DNA of 64,000 nucleotides, taken from Octopus vulgaris (Eukaryota). A model generated the notes under the pieces. It was not told where the DNA came from and did not search any database. It worked only from the letters and a program-made list of their open reading frames with translations. Shown here one piece after another: positions 40,764 to 53,717 of the stretch. A program made the translations under genes and the position numbers. The stretch covers positions 81,096,001 through 81,160,000 of the forward strand of contig OX597814.1 in assembly GCA_951406725.2 (NCBI GenBank). The letters are read 5' to 3'. Positions within the stretch are counted from its first letter, which is position 1; each line of letters starts with the position of its first letter.

Positions 40764-40768
<5 letters not shown>
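40571..40768 (+). mobile_element. tRNA-derived SINE (internally deleted) inserted in a TA tract
   Basis: ggaggcgcaatggcccggtggttagggcagc tRNA-like head with A box; flanked by (TA)n. Confidence 0.7.
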
Positions 40769-40810
<42 letters not shown>

Positions 40811-41075
40811 GCATGTAATACAATTTTTCTGAATTTTCAGATATTTTTCTATATGCTAGGCCACTGGTTTTAAATTGATGTTAATTAAATTAATATTCAA
40901 TTTATCACCCTTATTATTTTAATATATATATCATCATCATCATCATCATCATCGTTTAGCGTCCGCTTTCCATGCTATCATGGGTTGGGCGGTTCAACTG
41001 GGGTCTGGGAAGCCAGAAGGCTACACCAGGCCCAGTCTGATCTGGCAATGTTTCTACGGCTGGATGCCCCTCCTA

Positions 41076-41141
<66 letters not shown>

Positions 41142-41797
41142 CACACACATACATACAAATAAATACAATGTGAAAATAATGAATTATTTTTATAAAAGCA
41201 ACACAGGAGGAACATGGTTTAATAAATTTGATATTATCAATGCATTTTATTGGGAAATGTATCCAAACTTTTCCTATATTAGTCCTTCATCAGAACAAAG
41301 AGAAAAACATAAAGCAAGCTAGAAAGAGAAATAGTCAGTGAAAGAGAGGGAGAAAATGATTATAATAATAATAATAATAATAATAATGATAATAATAATA
41401 ATAATAATAACAACAACAATGGTTTCAAATTTTGGTTTGAGGCCAGTTATTTCAGGAGAGGGATAGAGTTGATTACATCAACCCAGTGTTCATTAGTACA
41501 TATTTTACTAGTATGATCACTACCAGCATCGCCTTACTGGCACTTATGCCTGTGCTAGTAGGGTGCCAAAGAATGAAATGCAAAGTCAAGCTGAGCAGTA
41601 TTTGAACACCTTTCTATTAAAGGCACTAGGCTTGAAATTTTGTGGCCAGGAGATACTCAGTTGCATTGACTTCAGTACTCAGCTGGTACTTATTTTATCA
41701 AACCTGAAAAGATGGAAGGCAAATTTGGCCTTGATAGGATTTCAACTGAGAACATAAAGACAGATAAAATGCCACTGAGCACATACATGTATATATA

Positions 41798-41844
<47 letters not shown>

Positions 41845-42541
41845 TCACACACACATACAGAGGGATTGAGGTAGACAGGTAGACACTCATATCATAGTTT
41901 CCTGTGAACAATTTAACCCAGACAAAGATTCTTTTTGAAAATGTGTTTACTTTATTTTATTTTTTACATTTATAAATGTTTCCCTCTTGAGCCATGCCAG
42001 GCTCATTAGGGCCAGTTTCAATGCCATATATATTCCCCAACTGGATGGGATGCCAGTCCATCACATGATTACTCATTTTTGCTAGCTGAGTGGACTGGAG
42101 CAATATGAAATGAAGTATTTTGCTCAAGAACACAATGTGGCACCTGATCCAGGAATCGAAATCACACTCTTACGATCATGAGTCCAACACGCTAACCACT
42201 AAGCCACATGCCTCCACTATATATGTGTGTGTGTGTGTGAGAGAGAGTATATATATATGCTCACACACACATAGTTGCTATTATGCAAAAGTGTCAAAGA
42301 CCAAAATGTTGCTTTTTCAGAAAACGAAAAAATAGTTTCACTATACCATAACAAAACCACTGTACTACACTTTGTCAATTTTTTATTTCTTGGCATCTGA
42401 AGTGGCTGGAGATACAAGGGTCTGACCAAAAGAACCAGCTATTGCAAGCAAAAATAAATATTGAAAAAAAATGCATTTGGCCAAAATTGAACATATGACA
42501 GTTTAACATTATAGCAACAATATATATATATATATATATAT

Positions 42542-42853
42542 ATAACATAAGGGACTAAAGCCATCTGAATATGGCTAGGGACAGGGCAGGGTGGTGGGGG
42601 TGTTACTGTTGCATTTAGCCCCAGGCGAACATCGATGTCACCAGAAAGGCCCGACACCGTCACGGTGTCCTTAACCTGCAAAGGGAGGTAATTCCCCGAT
42701 GAATTACCTCCCTTTGCAGGTTAAGGACACCGTGACGGTGTCGGGCCTTTCTGGTGACATCGATGTTCGCCTGGGGCTAAATGCAACAGTAACACCCCCA
42801 CCACCCTGCCCTGTCCCTAGCCATATTCAGATGGCTTTAGTCCCTTATGTTAT
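42542..42853. repeat. Perfect palindrome: 153-bp arms with a 6-nt spacer (cccgat)
   Basis: 42542-42694 is the exact reverse complement of 42701-42853. This gives the same peptide on both strands in the ORF track. Confidence 0.97.
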
Positions 42854-42896
42854 CGAGCAGTTACTGTCTATATCTCTTTTAGAGAATTATTATTGC

Positions 42897-42927
<31 letters not shown>

Positions 42928-43396
42928 TACACTGTATATTATTTCTAAGAAAAATAACGACCCTACTAAACATCATGTGCCCATCACCACCTCCATAATG
43001 CCCTTTTGTAAGCTCACATCACTCCTAAGAGGATATTACCACTCAGGTTAAGATCCACTAATGTAAAACCTTGCTCACTTAACACAATGCTGAGGTGGTT
43101 TAGTCTTAGGTGGGTCCTAACTGTGGTCTTATGAAAGACACCTATCCTTTGCACTGAGCTGTGTCTAGAACTACATTATCCATTTGTATCCTTCTCCACC
43201 CCCTACCTTTAAGACTGAGATTTGGATTGGGTGACCATGTAGCTATTAGAAACAAAAAAATATCTTACTACTACTCTGAAGACTTCCAACTGAAAATACC
43301 ATTCTTTAACTATCTTGTGATCATACTTATAAATTATACTGCCTGTGACTTCCAATTATTTTGGAAAATAATCGAAAATTTTTAAGTGTTTGGTAA

Positions 43397-43950
43397 TCAT
43401 CATCATCATTTAACGTCCGCTTTCCATGCTAGCATGGGTTGGACGATTTTGACTGAGGGCTGGCGAGCCAGATGGCTGCACCAGGCTCCAGTCTTGATCT
43501 GGCAGAGTTTCTACAGCTGGATGCCCTTCCTAACACCAACCACTCCGGGAGTGTTGTGGGTGCTTTTTACATGCCACCGGCACAGGGGTCAGTCAGGCAG
43601 CATTGGCAATGACCTCGCTAGAATCTTTTTACATGTGCCATTGGCACAGGTACCAGTGAAGCGACGTTGGTAACGATCACGCTCAAATGGTGCCCTTTTA
43701 CGTGCCACGGGTACGGAAGCCAGTTGGCTGCTCTGGCAACGATCATGCTTGGATGGTGCTCTTGGCACCCTACTAGCACAGGCATAAGTGCCAGTAAGGC
43801 GATGCTGGTAGTGATCATACTAGAATAGCCGCTCTGTCAACAATCACACTCGCATGGTGCTCTTTGCACCCCGCTAGCATGAATGCCAGTCATCGAACTG
43901 ATTTTGATTTTGATTTTGATTTTTGATTTCACTTGCCTCAACAGGTCTTC
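43397..43950 (-). mobile_element. RTE 3' UTR and tail with internal tandem subrepeats
   Basis: catcatcatcatttaacgtccgctttccatgctagcatggg..., with repeated acgatcacgctc-aatggtgc units. Confidence 0.85.
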
Positions 43951-45849
43951 GCAAATTTCTTGGGACCTATCTTAATTTAATTCTTATACAAAATTATTAC
44001 AGGTTTTAAATATAAATGTGAACAATTTAAAGAGGGCAGTTTTGTATGATAGAACTAGGATTGTATTGGGAAGGGTGAAATTCTTATCTGAATATCTCCA
44101 CAGCGTCTTCTCATGTTTCATTGCAGATTATGTTTAGTTTTGCTTTTCAGGACGGGGGTGTTGTTGTTCAAGTGGAATTCTGACAGCTTGGAGATTGTGC
44201 TTAATGATTGTTCCGATTTCTTCTAAGTAATCTCACACCTGTTCTCTTTCTCCATATATAATTACAAGTTGTCCAAACTAAGCAAACACGAAATCCTTAT
44301 TTAAGCCAGTTATTATCATACAGAGTAGATTCTCAGTCTAAGATCTATATTACTTTAACCTCCAGATATAAGATATACTTAAGTTGTTTTCAATGATTCC
44401 TTTCCATTGATTTTTGGAAAATAAATGAAAAAAAAATATCTAGTGCAATTTGGAAGAATATTTTCAAGTTTCTTGTATTTTAAGACTATACACAAACACG
44501 CACACATTCTCACACTCATACATACATCTTTGTGTGTATGTGTAAATAGATTAGTAAAGCACGTATTATATTTGTATCCTGTTTGGCTTCCCTGGATTTG
44601 AATCTCTCTTTCTTTGTATGCTTTTCTGAGTCTGGGATTGGATTATTCCATAAAAAAAACCTCTTTACTAAAAATCAAATCGGATTTACTACAGCTTATC
44701 CTGGAACAGCATTAGAAACCAAGTGTTTTTCCTGTAATTTTTTTGAAGTATTTCAAACAACTGGATTATTATTACATGGAGAAATTATTAAACATTTGTT
44801 GCTTTAGATATGAAGCCATAATGTGATGGCTGCATTGATATGGTACTGACTGTATAACACTGTACTTGGGGATAAGAAGGGCAGTTAACTGTAACACTCA
44901 AGTCAAAGAAAGGATGTAATGAATTTTCTAGTACCAGAGGCAGGATTAAATGCATATGCTTCATGCTAAGTTGGTGGCTGAAGGGAATGGCATCTGGCTT
45001 TAATAAAAGTGCAAAGAAAGCAACTGGTGATGCTCTAGCATGACCACAGTCTTTTGGCTAAAACATGTAAAAGAATAAAAGCAAGAAAAGAAAGAATGGC
45101 TAGAGGTGTTAGGGAAAAGGTGACTCTTTAGTTTTGTTGGAGATGACCTCTCTTGTACTGGTGGCATGATAAATATTTATCATGCCACCAGCACAAGAGA
45201 GCTGGATACCCTTCACACTGCTAGTTATTTAAGTGTGAAGAGTATCCAGCTATAAAAACTGTACCAAATAGGATGGAAAGAATGTACACAGCAAAAATGG
45301 ATGGGTTTTCTTTGTCACTATGTGTGTTTTAGAGGCCAATGGACTGTAATGAGCAGTGAGATACTCTGAGACCCAACCAACCTAGCCCATCATGGGAAAA
45401 CAGATTTAAATAGATGACAATGACAAACATGATGGTGGTGGTGGTGGTGGTTGGTGACAACAACAATAGTAACAACAATGATGATGAGATGAAACAGAAT
45501 GCAACAAAATGTCCTTAACAAGTGGCAGAGTTTTTAGTGTGAAAGCGATAATGCTTTGTGGTATTTGTTCCAGCTTACTGTACTCAAAATTCAACACTTG
45601 CTGAGGTCAGCTTTATCTTCTGACCTTTCAAGGGCAGTAACAATATGGTACCAGTCCAAGCTGGAGGATTGGCAGAATTGTTAGTGTCAGATGAGATACC
45701 TTGTGGTATTTGTTCCATCTTTTTGTCATCTGAGCTTTTGGGTGGTAGTCTTAATTCCCTCCATTGTCCTTGAGCACCTTTTGGAGAACTCACTCAGCAA
45801 TAAACATAGGAACCAGGTATGTGATTTGAGAATAGTTTCCTCCCTTCCA

Positions 45850-46130
45850 GCCATCAGTTTTGGAGGTTTTCGCCTTCGTAACTTGGGAATTGAATCTCAT
45901 TGACCCTGTGAGTTTGTTGTTAATGATGTCCTATATCTACTGGACAAACTCGGCCATTTTGATGGCATCTTACTGTTGAGTATGTTTATTTCTCTTGGCT
46001 GTAACTGAACCTTTTCACCAGAAGTCTCTAGTTCTTCATAACCCTGGGCATGAAGGATATAGCCACATTCAAGAAGTTGGCAATCTTCAATTCAGTGTGG
46101 TTGGCAGCTAGAGCCACAAGCACCATCCCT
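45850..46130 (-). pseudogene. maT-like transposase N-terminal remnant (older copy)
   Basis: Minus strand MVLVALAANHTELKIANFLNVAISF parallels the N-terminus at 25786-26295. Confidence 0.6.
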
Positions 46131-47507
46131 TTACATTCCCTGTGTCAAACTGGAATCTCTCAAAATACTGTTAATGTGTGAATGAGTTTGAATACAAGCA
46201 AGATGTAGTTCTATCCTTCTAAGTTCAAATCCAAACAAGTGCACTTTGTCTTTTACAACTAAAGGAATTATAAAAGTATTGGTAAAGTCAACACAGGAGG
46301 CACTATGTAGTTGCTATCTTTAAAAACAATATGGGACATATTAGATTATGTAGTTGTTTTATGTCTGTAAAAATGAGTATTCATGGTTTGGGCACTTTTC
46401 ACATGAATCTGCTGGATCTGAAATAACCTGGAGCTAAATGACATCAACAATAATATAAGTGTCACTAATATAGTGAAGCCAATTTAATTGATCCTTTGTT
46501 TCCCTTACAAATGTGTAGTCTTGTGTGTTAATGAATCTATGAGTATTCAGTCATTCAATTGAGTGACCTACTCATTGAATCAGCATGTAAGTGGTTGAAT
46601 CCTCCACAGATACTCAGATTCTCTTATTGTAGTTTTCAGGAAGAATCAGAGCGATGTGTTGTGCAACAAGGCTGATCCTTTGAATTACAGCCACAAACCA
46701 TTCAGTGAACTTCTACATGGTTTCCACCTACACAATTTCACTCACAAGGATTGGGTTCAACCAGAGGCTAAGATTAAAGACACTTGCCTAAGATGCCATA
46801 TGGTGAAATCAAACCAGTGGTACTTCACAACTGCCAACTGAATATTTCAATCATTCTTTCATTCACAAAAATAACACATGCCATTTTAATGGGGAATCGA
46901 ACTCCAGTCTCTTATGTAACAGATGGTAGTACTTTCCATTACACTGTAGCCTTATAGCAGTTTAAGAAATCAATAACAGTTTGATGTAGTGGTCATCAGT
47001 GCATGCATGTAAAGGATGAAAAACACTCTGTTGGTCAGCTGGTCAGTTAATAATATCAGCTTTACCATACATAATTGTATTTCATCTTATGGCAATTCAT
47101 GAATGACTAAAAGCAGCTAGTCCACTTAAGGATGTTTCAAGGTGATGATGAAATCAATAAATACTTGCACATAAATGAACTGGTAACAATTTATAATTTC
47201 TAAATAATGTATTTTTCCTTTTAGCTCCTTCCTTCCTTATATACAGCAACTTATTGACAAACCTATCCTCACACTTTATTTTCTGCGGCAACTTATTGAC
47301 AAGACTTTATATGTTTTGAAGTGCTAAGCCGATACTACTCAAGGAGCAATTAAAACTCTTTATTAGCTGTTCTTACTATTTTCTTTGTCTCTTTCCCTCC
47401 AATCCATTTTCCTAATGTTTTCTTGGTGTTGCTGTTTATTTGGGGTTTTATCTATTTATTATTATTCTTTTTTTCTTCATCTTTGTCTTTTGTTTTTCGG
47501 TTTACAG

Positions 47508-47591
47508 AGAAAATCTGAAGAATTTATTCTGAGAACTCTTGCTCAAATGCGATGCATGACCCTTTCACAAATGCAATTACACACAATACAA
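47508..47591 (+). CDS. Candidate 84-nt exon (RKSEEFILRTLAQMRCMTLSQMQLHTIQ); product unknown
   Basis: Long polypyrimidine acceptor ending tttacag. Only phase 0 is open. The donor CAA|gtgtgt is weak. Phase-compatible with 20739-20795. Confidence 0.35.
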
Positions 47592-48313
47592 GTGTGTATA
47601 CTCTCACACACAGATTATAGGTACCTTACATAGCAAAATATTGTATTTTTTATTACTTTCTTTCAAGCTGATTATTTTTGCCTTTGCTTTTATCGCATTT
47701 TTCCCTTTCTTTTCATCTGTTCTTTTTCTTCGTTTCTATTTATGTCTATCTAATCTCATGGTTTTCTTATATATTTCTCTTCAGTTTTTTTCTCTTTCTT
47801 TCTTTCTATCAATTTTTTTTTTGTCTTTTTTATCTATTTCCTTCCAGGTTATGATTTTTTTGACAGTTTCAAAAATATCTTAATCACCAAAGAAGAAAAT
47901 ATACATGCATTATATTCGATTTATCCTTCTTTTTAACTCCCAAATTGATATTAAATATGTCTTTGAAGTATTCCAATCTATTATTTGAATTTTGATATGT
48001 TTTCCTGTCATGCTGGCACCAAATCTGGTTAGCAAGAGGCTATGTACATACATGCTGTCATACTACAAATGTATTTGAAGGATTAGGTTGAAAGTACAAC
48101 TGTCGTCATTCCCACACCACTACCACAGCTATCACTGCTTAGACTACTTGACATCATCATCATTTTAATAACCACAAATTCCAATATCATCACTAACATC
48201 AAAAGTACCACTGTCCACTTGCAAATTACATTAAATTACATGCCTACCAGCTACATATGTGTGTGTGTATGTGTGTGTGTGTATATATATGTGTGTGCAT
48301 ATATGTGTGTGTA

Positions 48314-48360
<47 letters not shown>

Positions 48361-48715
48361 AGATAGATAGATAACTAACTAGGCAGATATAGATAAATCT
48401 ATAAAAGGCAAATTAAATGTATACACATATATGTATGTGTATGCATATATTTCATGCATAATATAGATACACACACACACACATGTATGGACAGTTTTCT
48501 TTTAATGTCGAATACTTCAAATTCATAGTTTGTTTCATTCCTCACCAGAATTCATCAGTGCCTTCATGAGCTTTGGATGAGTGTGGTAAAACTATATATG
48601 TAACATTCCACATTTAAAAAGAATAGAAAAACACTTATTTGCCCTACTATTATTGGTTTGAGTTCTTTAATACACACAGACAAACATTCATACATGTATG
48701 TGCATGATTATGAAT

Positions 48716-49126
48716 ATACTCTTTACTCTTTTACTTGTTTCTGCCATTCAACTGCGGCCATGCTGGAGCACCGCCTTTAGTCGAGCAAATCGACCCCAGG
48801 AATTATTCTTTGTAAGCCTAGTACTTATTCTATCAATCTCTTTTGCCGAACCGCTAAGTGACGGGGACAGAAACACACCAGCATCGGTTGTCAAGCGATG
48901 CTAGGGTGACAAACACAGACACACAAGCATATACACACATATATATATATATATACATATATACGACGGGCTTCTTTCAGTTTCCATCTACCAAATCCAC
49001 TCACAAGGCTTTGGTCAGCCCGAGGCTATAGTTGAAGACACATGCCCAAGTTGCCACGCAGTGGGACTGAACCCAGAACCATGTGGTTTGTAAGGAAGCT
49101 ACTTACCACACAGCCACTCCTACCCC

Positions 49127-49128
<2 letters not shown>
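48716..49128 (-). mobile_element. Full-length young tRNA-derived SINE with internal microsatellite
   Basis: Best-preserved copy of the major family, with CpGs intact. A second full copy lies at 63045-63398. Confidence 0.9.
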
Positions 49129-49162
<34 letters not shown>

Positions 49163-49382
49163 TACTTAGTTCAAATTTACAGAGAACAAAAGATGAAGAG
49201 AGGTGAAGGAACAATAAGCAGGTGTATTAGTTTAATGCTTGAGAAGAATGGAAAAGTCTGATGTTTTGAGCCTATGCTCTTTGACAAAGAACTGAGAGGG
49301 AAAAAAAGCAAAGAAAGAAAAATATGGGCAGGGATTAACAGTTCAATATGATGAAATGACTCTATACACACACACATATATT

Positions 49383-50625
49383 CAGGAATCCCCTCATGTT
49401 ATGAGAGTAATGCATTCCTGTACAATTTGCTGTGATGTGAAATATATTTCCTTATTGATTTTCATTTTGTAATATCTGCATTCCAACAGATATTTAAAAA
49501 AAAGAAAACAGAAAAAAATAGAGGAACAAGTAGTGCAATCACCTTTCTGCATGAAAATAGCAATTTCTAAGCATACACAGTTACGATATTTATAATGAAA
49601 AAAACATTTTGAAAAGAAATATGTCAGGAAATAAATAGTTGTAACATCCTAATATAGTAGGTTCTGATGACAAATGATGTCGAGTACTGTGTGACAGGTA
49701 ATGAAGAAATGAAAGTTATTGGGTGGTTAAGGGACACTGTCATATTATAGCTGCTCATCAACATCTATTTGTAAAACAAAGGACTTATTTGATATTGTTC
49801 AAGATTTATGGTGTATCATCTCTATGTACCATTCAGTGTAGGAACTGAGCTCATTGTAAACTCCTCTTGTAATTTCCATGTTTCATTCATAATTAGGGTT
49901 GTCAGTAGAAACTTGCAAATCTTCCTCTATAAATGCCAGACCTTTAGCAATATTTGCTAAGGGAAGTTGGTGGAATCACAGTATTCTCATCAGTATTCTC
50001 AGCTTGTTCTTGTTCTAACAGCATCAGCCCCTCATTGATAGACTTTCTCTTGGGGGTATTATCAACATAACCATATCATCCTCTACAAAATCCTACATGA
50101 TTTGCAAGTGTCAGAATATCTTACTGACTGATGAAAATTTCCCACTTGTGGAAAATTTCTCAAGTCTTCAATACAATCTGGTCATACGTTGTTTCAAGCA
50201 TCACTCAAAGTTGAGAGTTTCATTTTATTCCAGCTATGTTTTTCACAGATTCTATTATGTTGAACTTCTTCCAGAAATCTCTAACTGTAGGGTTAACCTC
50301 CTTGTCTGTTGCTTTCGTAAGTTGTTTAAAAGTTCCTCTCGGATAATGCCTTGAAGTTATCACACCTTGATCCACTGGTTGGGGATACATTTTACTCCTA
50401 TATTATTAGAAAGCACATTTAAGTTCACTGGATGACTTGGTACATTGTCAAAAAGAAGCAATGCTTTACTAGAAATGTGTTTGGTACTGTAGCTTTCTAC
50501 AACAGGATAATAAAATGTTTATAAACCACCCCTGAAAGGCACTGTCATCCATGCCTTCATATTTGAATGCTACATCAGAGACAACTGATACTTTGTGTAG
50601 CTCTTGAAAGCCTTTAAATTGTTTT
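49383..50625 (-). mobile_element. pogo/Tigger-like DDE transposase relic
   Basis: Minus strand gives HSNMKAWMT, FQGWF, KALLLFDNVPSHP and QPVDQGVI, which are CENP-B/Tigger DDE_1 motifs. Possible TIR caggaatcccctc near 49383. Confidence 0.85.
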
Positions 50626-50768
50626 AAGTGTGTAATATTTTCTAAGTTTCAGTAATGTGGAATAAAGCTAAGCTAGAACACCACCTTCAAGAGTTTTAGT
50701 CAATTGCATCAATCCCCTTTACTTCAATCCAATACTTATTTGATTGACTCTGAAAGGGTCACAAGCAA

Positions 50769-50810
<42 letters not shown>

Positions 50811-50925
50811 GTAATCTACTTATAAGGTTTTCTTGATATAACTGCTAATATTCATTGTTAATGAAATGCATGTAAGATGATGTTACTAAATATATTGTGA
50901 ACTGAACTAACTCCTGTTTTCTTTT

Positions 50926-51000
<75 letters not shown>

Positions 51001-52529
51001 TGTTAAGAGAAGAGAAAGGAAATGCTTTTGTCAGTGCAATCTGTACTGGTGCAATGATATGAACTGCTGCTGTGAACAAACAATAGCTAAGAAAACTTTC
51101 TTGGTTCTTTTTGGGTTTTTCGTTTTTTCTGAAGGAACAATAAGAAGATTTTTCAGTTAATAAACAATCAATTAGATTTGTTAATCAAACAGAAAAACTA
51201 AATCTAAAACAAAGATAAAAAAAAAACATTGCTTAACACCTCTCCACAAATAGAACATAACAGTAGTAGCAGCAGCAGTGGCAGTAGAAACTACCTATGA
51301 ATTAAGAGTTAAACAAATACTCATTAACCCTTAAAGCAAACAATAATTGAAGGTAAATAATTTGAAAGAATGCTGAGACTTCAGTGTAGATTTAATATAT
51401 ATATTCTTTTATTGATGAAAAACTAAACAAATCTCATTATCACTATTATTGTTTTTGTTCCTTGTCCTTGTATTTGGGGGTATTTTCTTTGTATGTGCAT
51501 GTGTGTGTATTTGTAATTATTATCATTAGCATCATCATCATCATCACTTGTCATTGTCATCACCATTGGAAGTTTAGGTTTAAAAGCAAAAAGATTTGTT
51601 ATTGATTGCTATTGATTCAGTTTGTTATGAAAACTTCAGCTTTTGGTACTACAGACTCACACAAGCAATTGAATATGAAAATACCTAGTTGAAAATGAGA
51701 CAACAACAATAAGACCATAATAATGCCAACAAAGCAATAATAATAATAATGGTGATGATTTATAATTAAGGCAAGCCATTACAATATTTGGAGCACTGGT
51801 AAGCAATGCGACAGTCTGTTGCATCGTAGGCAACAGTACTTGACTGTTTCTTATTTTATGAACCACAGAAAGGTAAAAGTAAAACTTGATTTCTGTGAGT
51901 TTGAACTCAGATTGTAAAAGAATTCAACCAAACGTAGCAACATATTTTGACCAATGCTCTCCTGATTCTACCTCTCTAATTATTTAATGACAGCTATATT
52001 ATGTAATATATTATAAGATGATAATAGCAACAACAGCATCATTGAAAGCATCATTATACTGATTATCATTAGCATGAGGCAGTAGATTACCTGAGTCTTC
52101 CATATTCAAAGCTCATCTCTCACTACCATGTTGTCTATTTTCTCTATCAGCCTGCCTATAATCCATCTGTACCTTTTGTACGTCCTCAGTTTAATCTGGG
52201 TACACTATACAGAAGTTTCTGCCTCTTCTTTTTCTACCCATTGAGTATGACATTTAATGATAAAGTTAGTGTGCAGGTAGGATTTGATCAAAGCTCAGTC
52301 CAAAATTTCCCTCCATCTTGTGTAATAGTTCTCTAGGCCATTACAGAAAAGTTTATAGCCACCTGACAATGGAGACTCTTGTATACTGATGGCCTAGTTC
52401 TTAAAACAGAATATGTAGAGGAAAAATCAAGACATGAAAGCAAAACTAGTAATTGAAATGCTCAAAATAAACAAAAAAGGTAAAGCATTTGTGAATAATA
52501 AAGAAAACATAACTAAGCTTATTACTGAT

Positions 52530-53260
52530 TCTCCACCTTGCTAATTGCACCTAAGCATATGGCCCTCTCAAGCCATTCATCTACTCTTAGCTTCCTTAGT
52601 AGCCTTGAGGTTACAAGATGTGGCACCTTGTCAAAGGCTCAGTATAGGTGCTTAATCCTTGCTAAGTACTTTAGTTTTTGTCTCTGAGATGATATCAGTT
52701 GTACCTTTTCATGCATGAAGATAAACTGCATCTGATCTAGGCTAATCCTGTTCTTAATCAATTTTACTATAACTCCTTCCATGACTTTTAGGATTTGGTC
52801 CAACAATTTAATGCCCCTGTAATTATTGCTCTCTAATGCCTCTTGCCCTTCTAGCAGTTCATAATGACATTGCTATGCCAATCACTAGGTATCACACGTG
52901 AATGGCTGTAGAACTGATCACTTTGCCAGATATCTTAATTATTCCAGTGACTATCCTTGATAAAGCTGCTTTACCTACCTTCATTTACTTAATTATACTT
53001 ACAACTACAGAGCCTTCATTTTTATGGTTGGTCTCCCTGTTGTGTCATCTTGGAGTAGATCTGTACCCTGTCATGTATTCACATCCAACTACTTCTTGTG
53101 TATAGCCTTTCCATATCTCTTTAAGCATACCATCATCATTCCATACATACCTTTCCCAGTGACATTATGGTTCTCATCAGCCTTCTGCCTTGCAATCCAG
53201 AACACCACTTGCCTACAATGTCCTCACCACAGAGCATGTACCAACTTCTTACTTTCTATT
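52530..53260 (-). mobile_element. RTE LINE reverse transcriptase fragment
   Basis: Minus strand gives MKVGKAA, IPSDW, NNYRGIKLLDQILKVME, LDQMQF, AFDKVP and LRKLRVDEWL. Confidence 0.88.
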
Positions 53261-53675
53261 TCTCCCCATTTTATGTATGATAGATTAAGAAGGCCAGCAG
53301 CACACACAAAAAAGACAACATGAGGGGGGCAAATTTCAACAAATGTATTAGTTTAAGGCTTAAAAAGAAGAGAAAATGTTTTGATATTTTGAACATTAAC
53401 CCTTCATCAGAAGAAAAACAGAACAGGAAAAATAAAAGAACGAGAAAAGGTTATCATAAAAATAAAAAGAATGAGAAAAAGTAGTTGAAGGCATTTTGTG
53501 AAGTTCATTTCAATACTATGTTATTGTAAGTTTTAGCTCACCACATACTTTTGACAAGTGTCTTCTAATATAAACTTGGATTTCTCCATGTCTTTTTGGA
53601 TACAATTTGACAGAAACTGTGCAAAAATTAGCCATGTGTGTGTGTGAGAGAGAGAGAGAGAAAGAGATGGATACC

Positions 53676-53717
<42 letters not shown>

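Noticed and set aside
42439-42998. Two ORFs with identical peptides on opposite strands
   Set aside because: This follows directly from the DNA palindrome; there is no splice or homology evidence for a protein.
43590-43900. Regularly spaced repeats resembling a CRISPR array
   Set aside because: They are degenerate tandem subrepeats of an RTE 3' UTR in eukaryotic DNA; there are no unique spacers or cas genes.
48515-48566. Minus-strand CTGATGA-attc..gaat-GAAA hammerhead-like core
   Set aside because: No UH cleavage site and no stem I partner can be placed.
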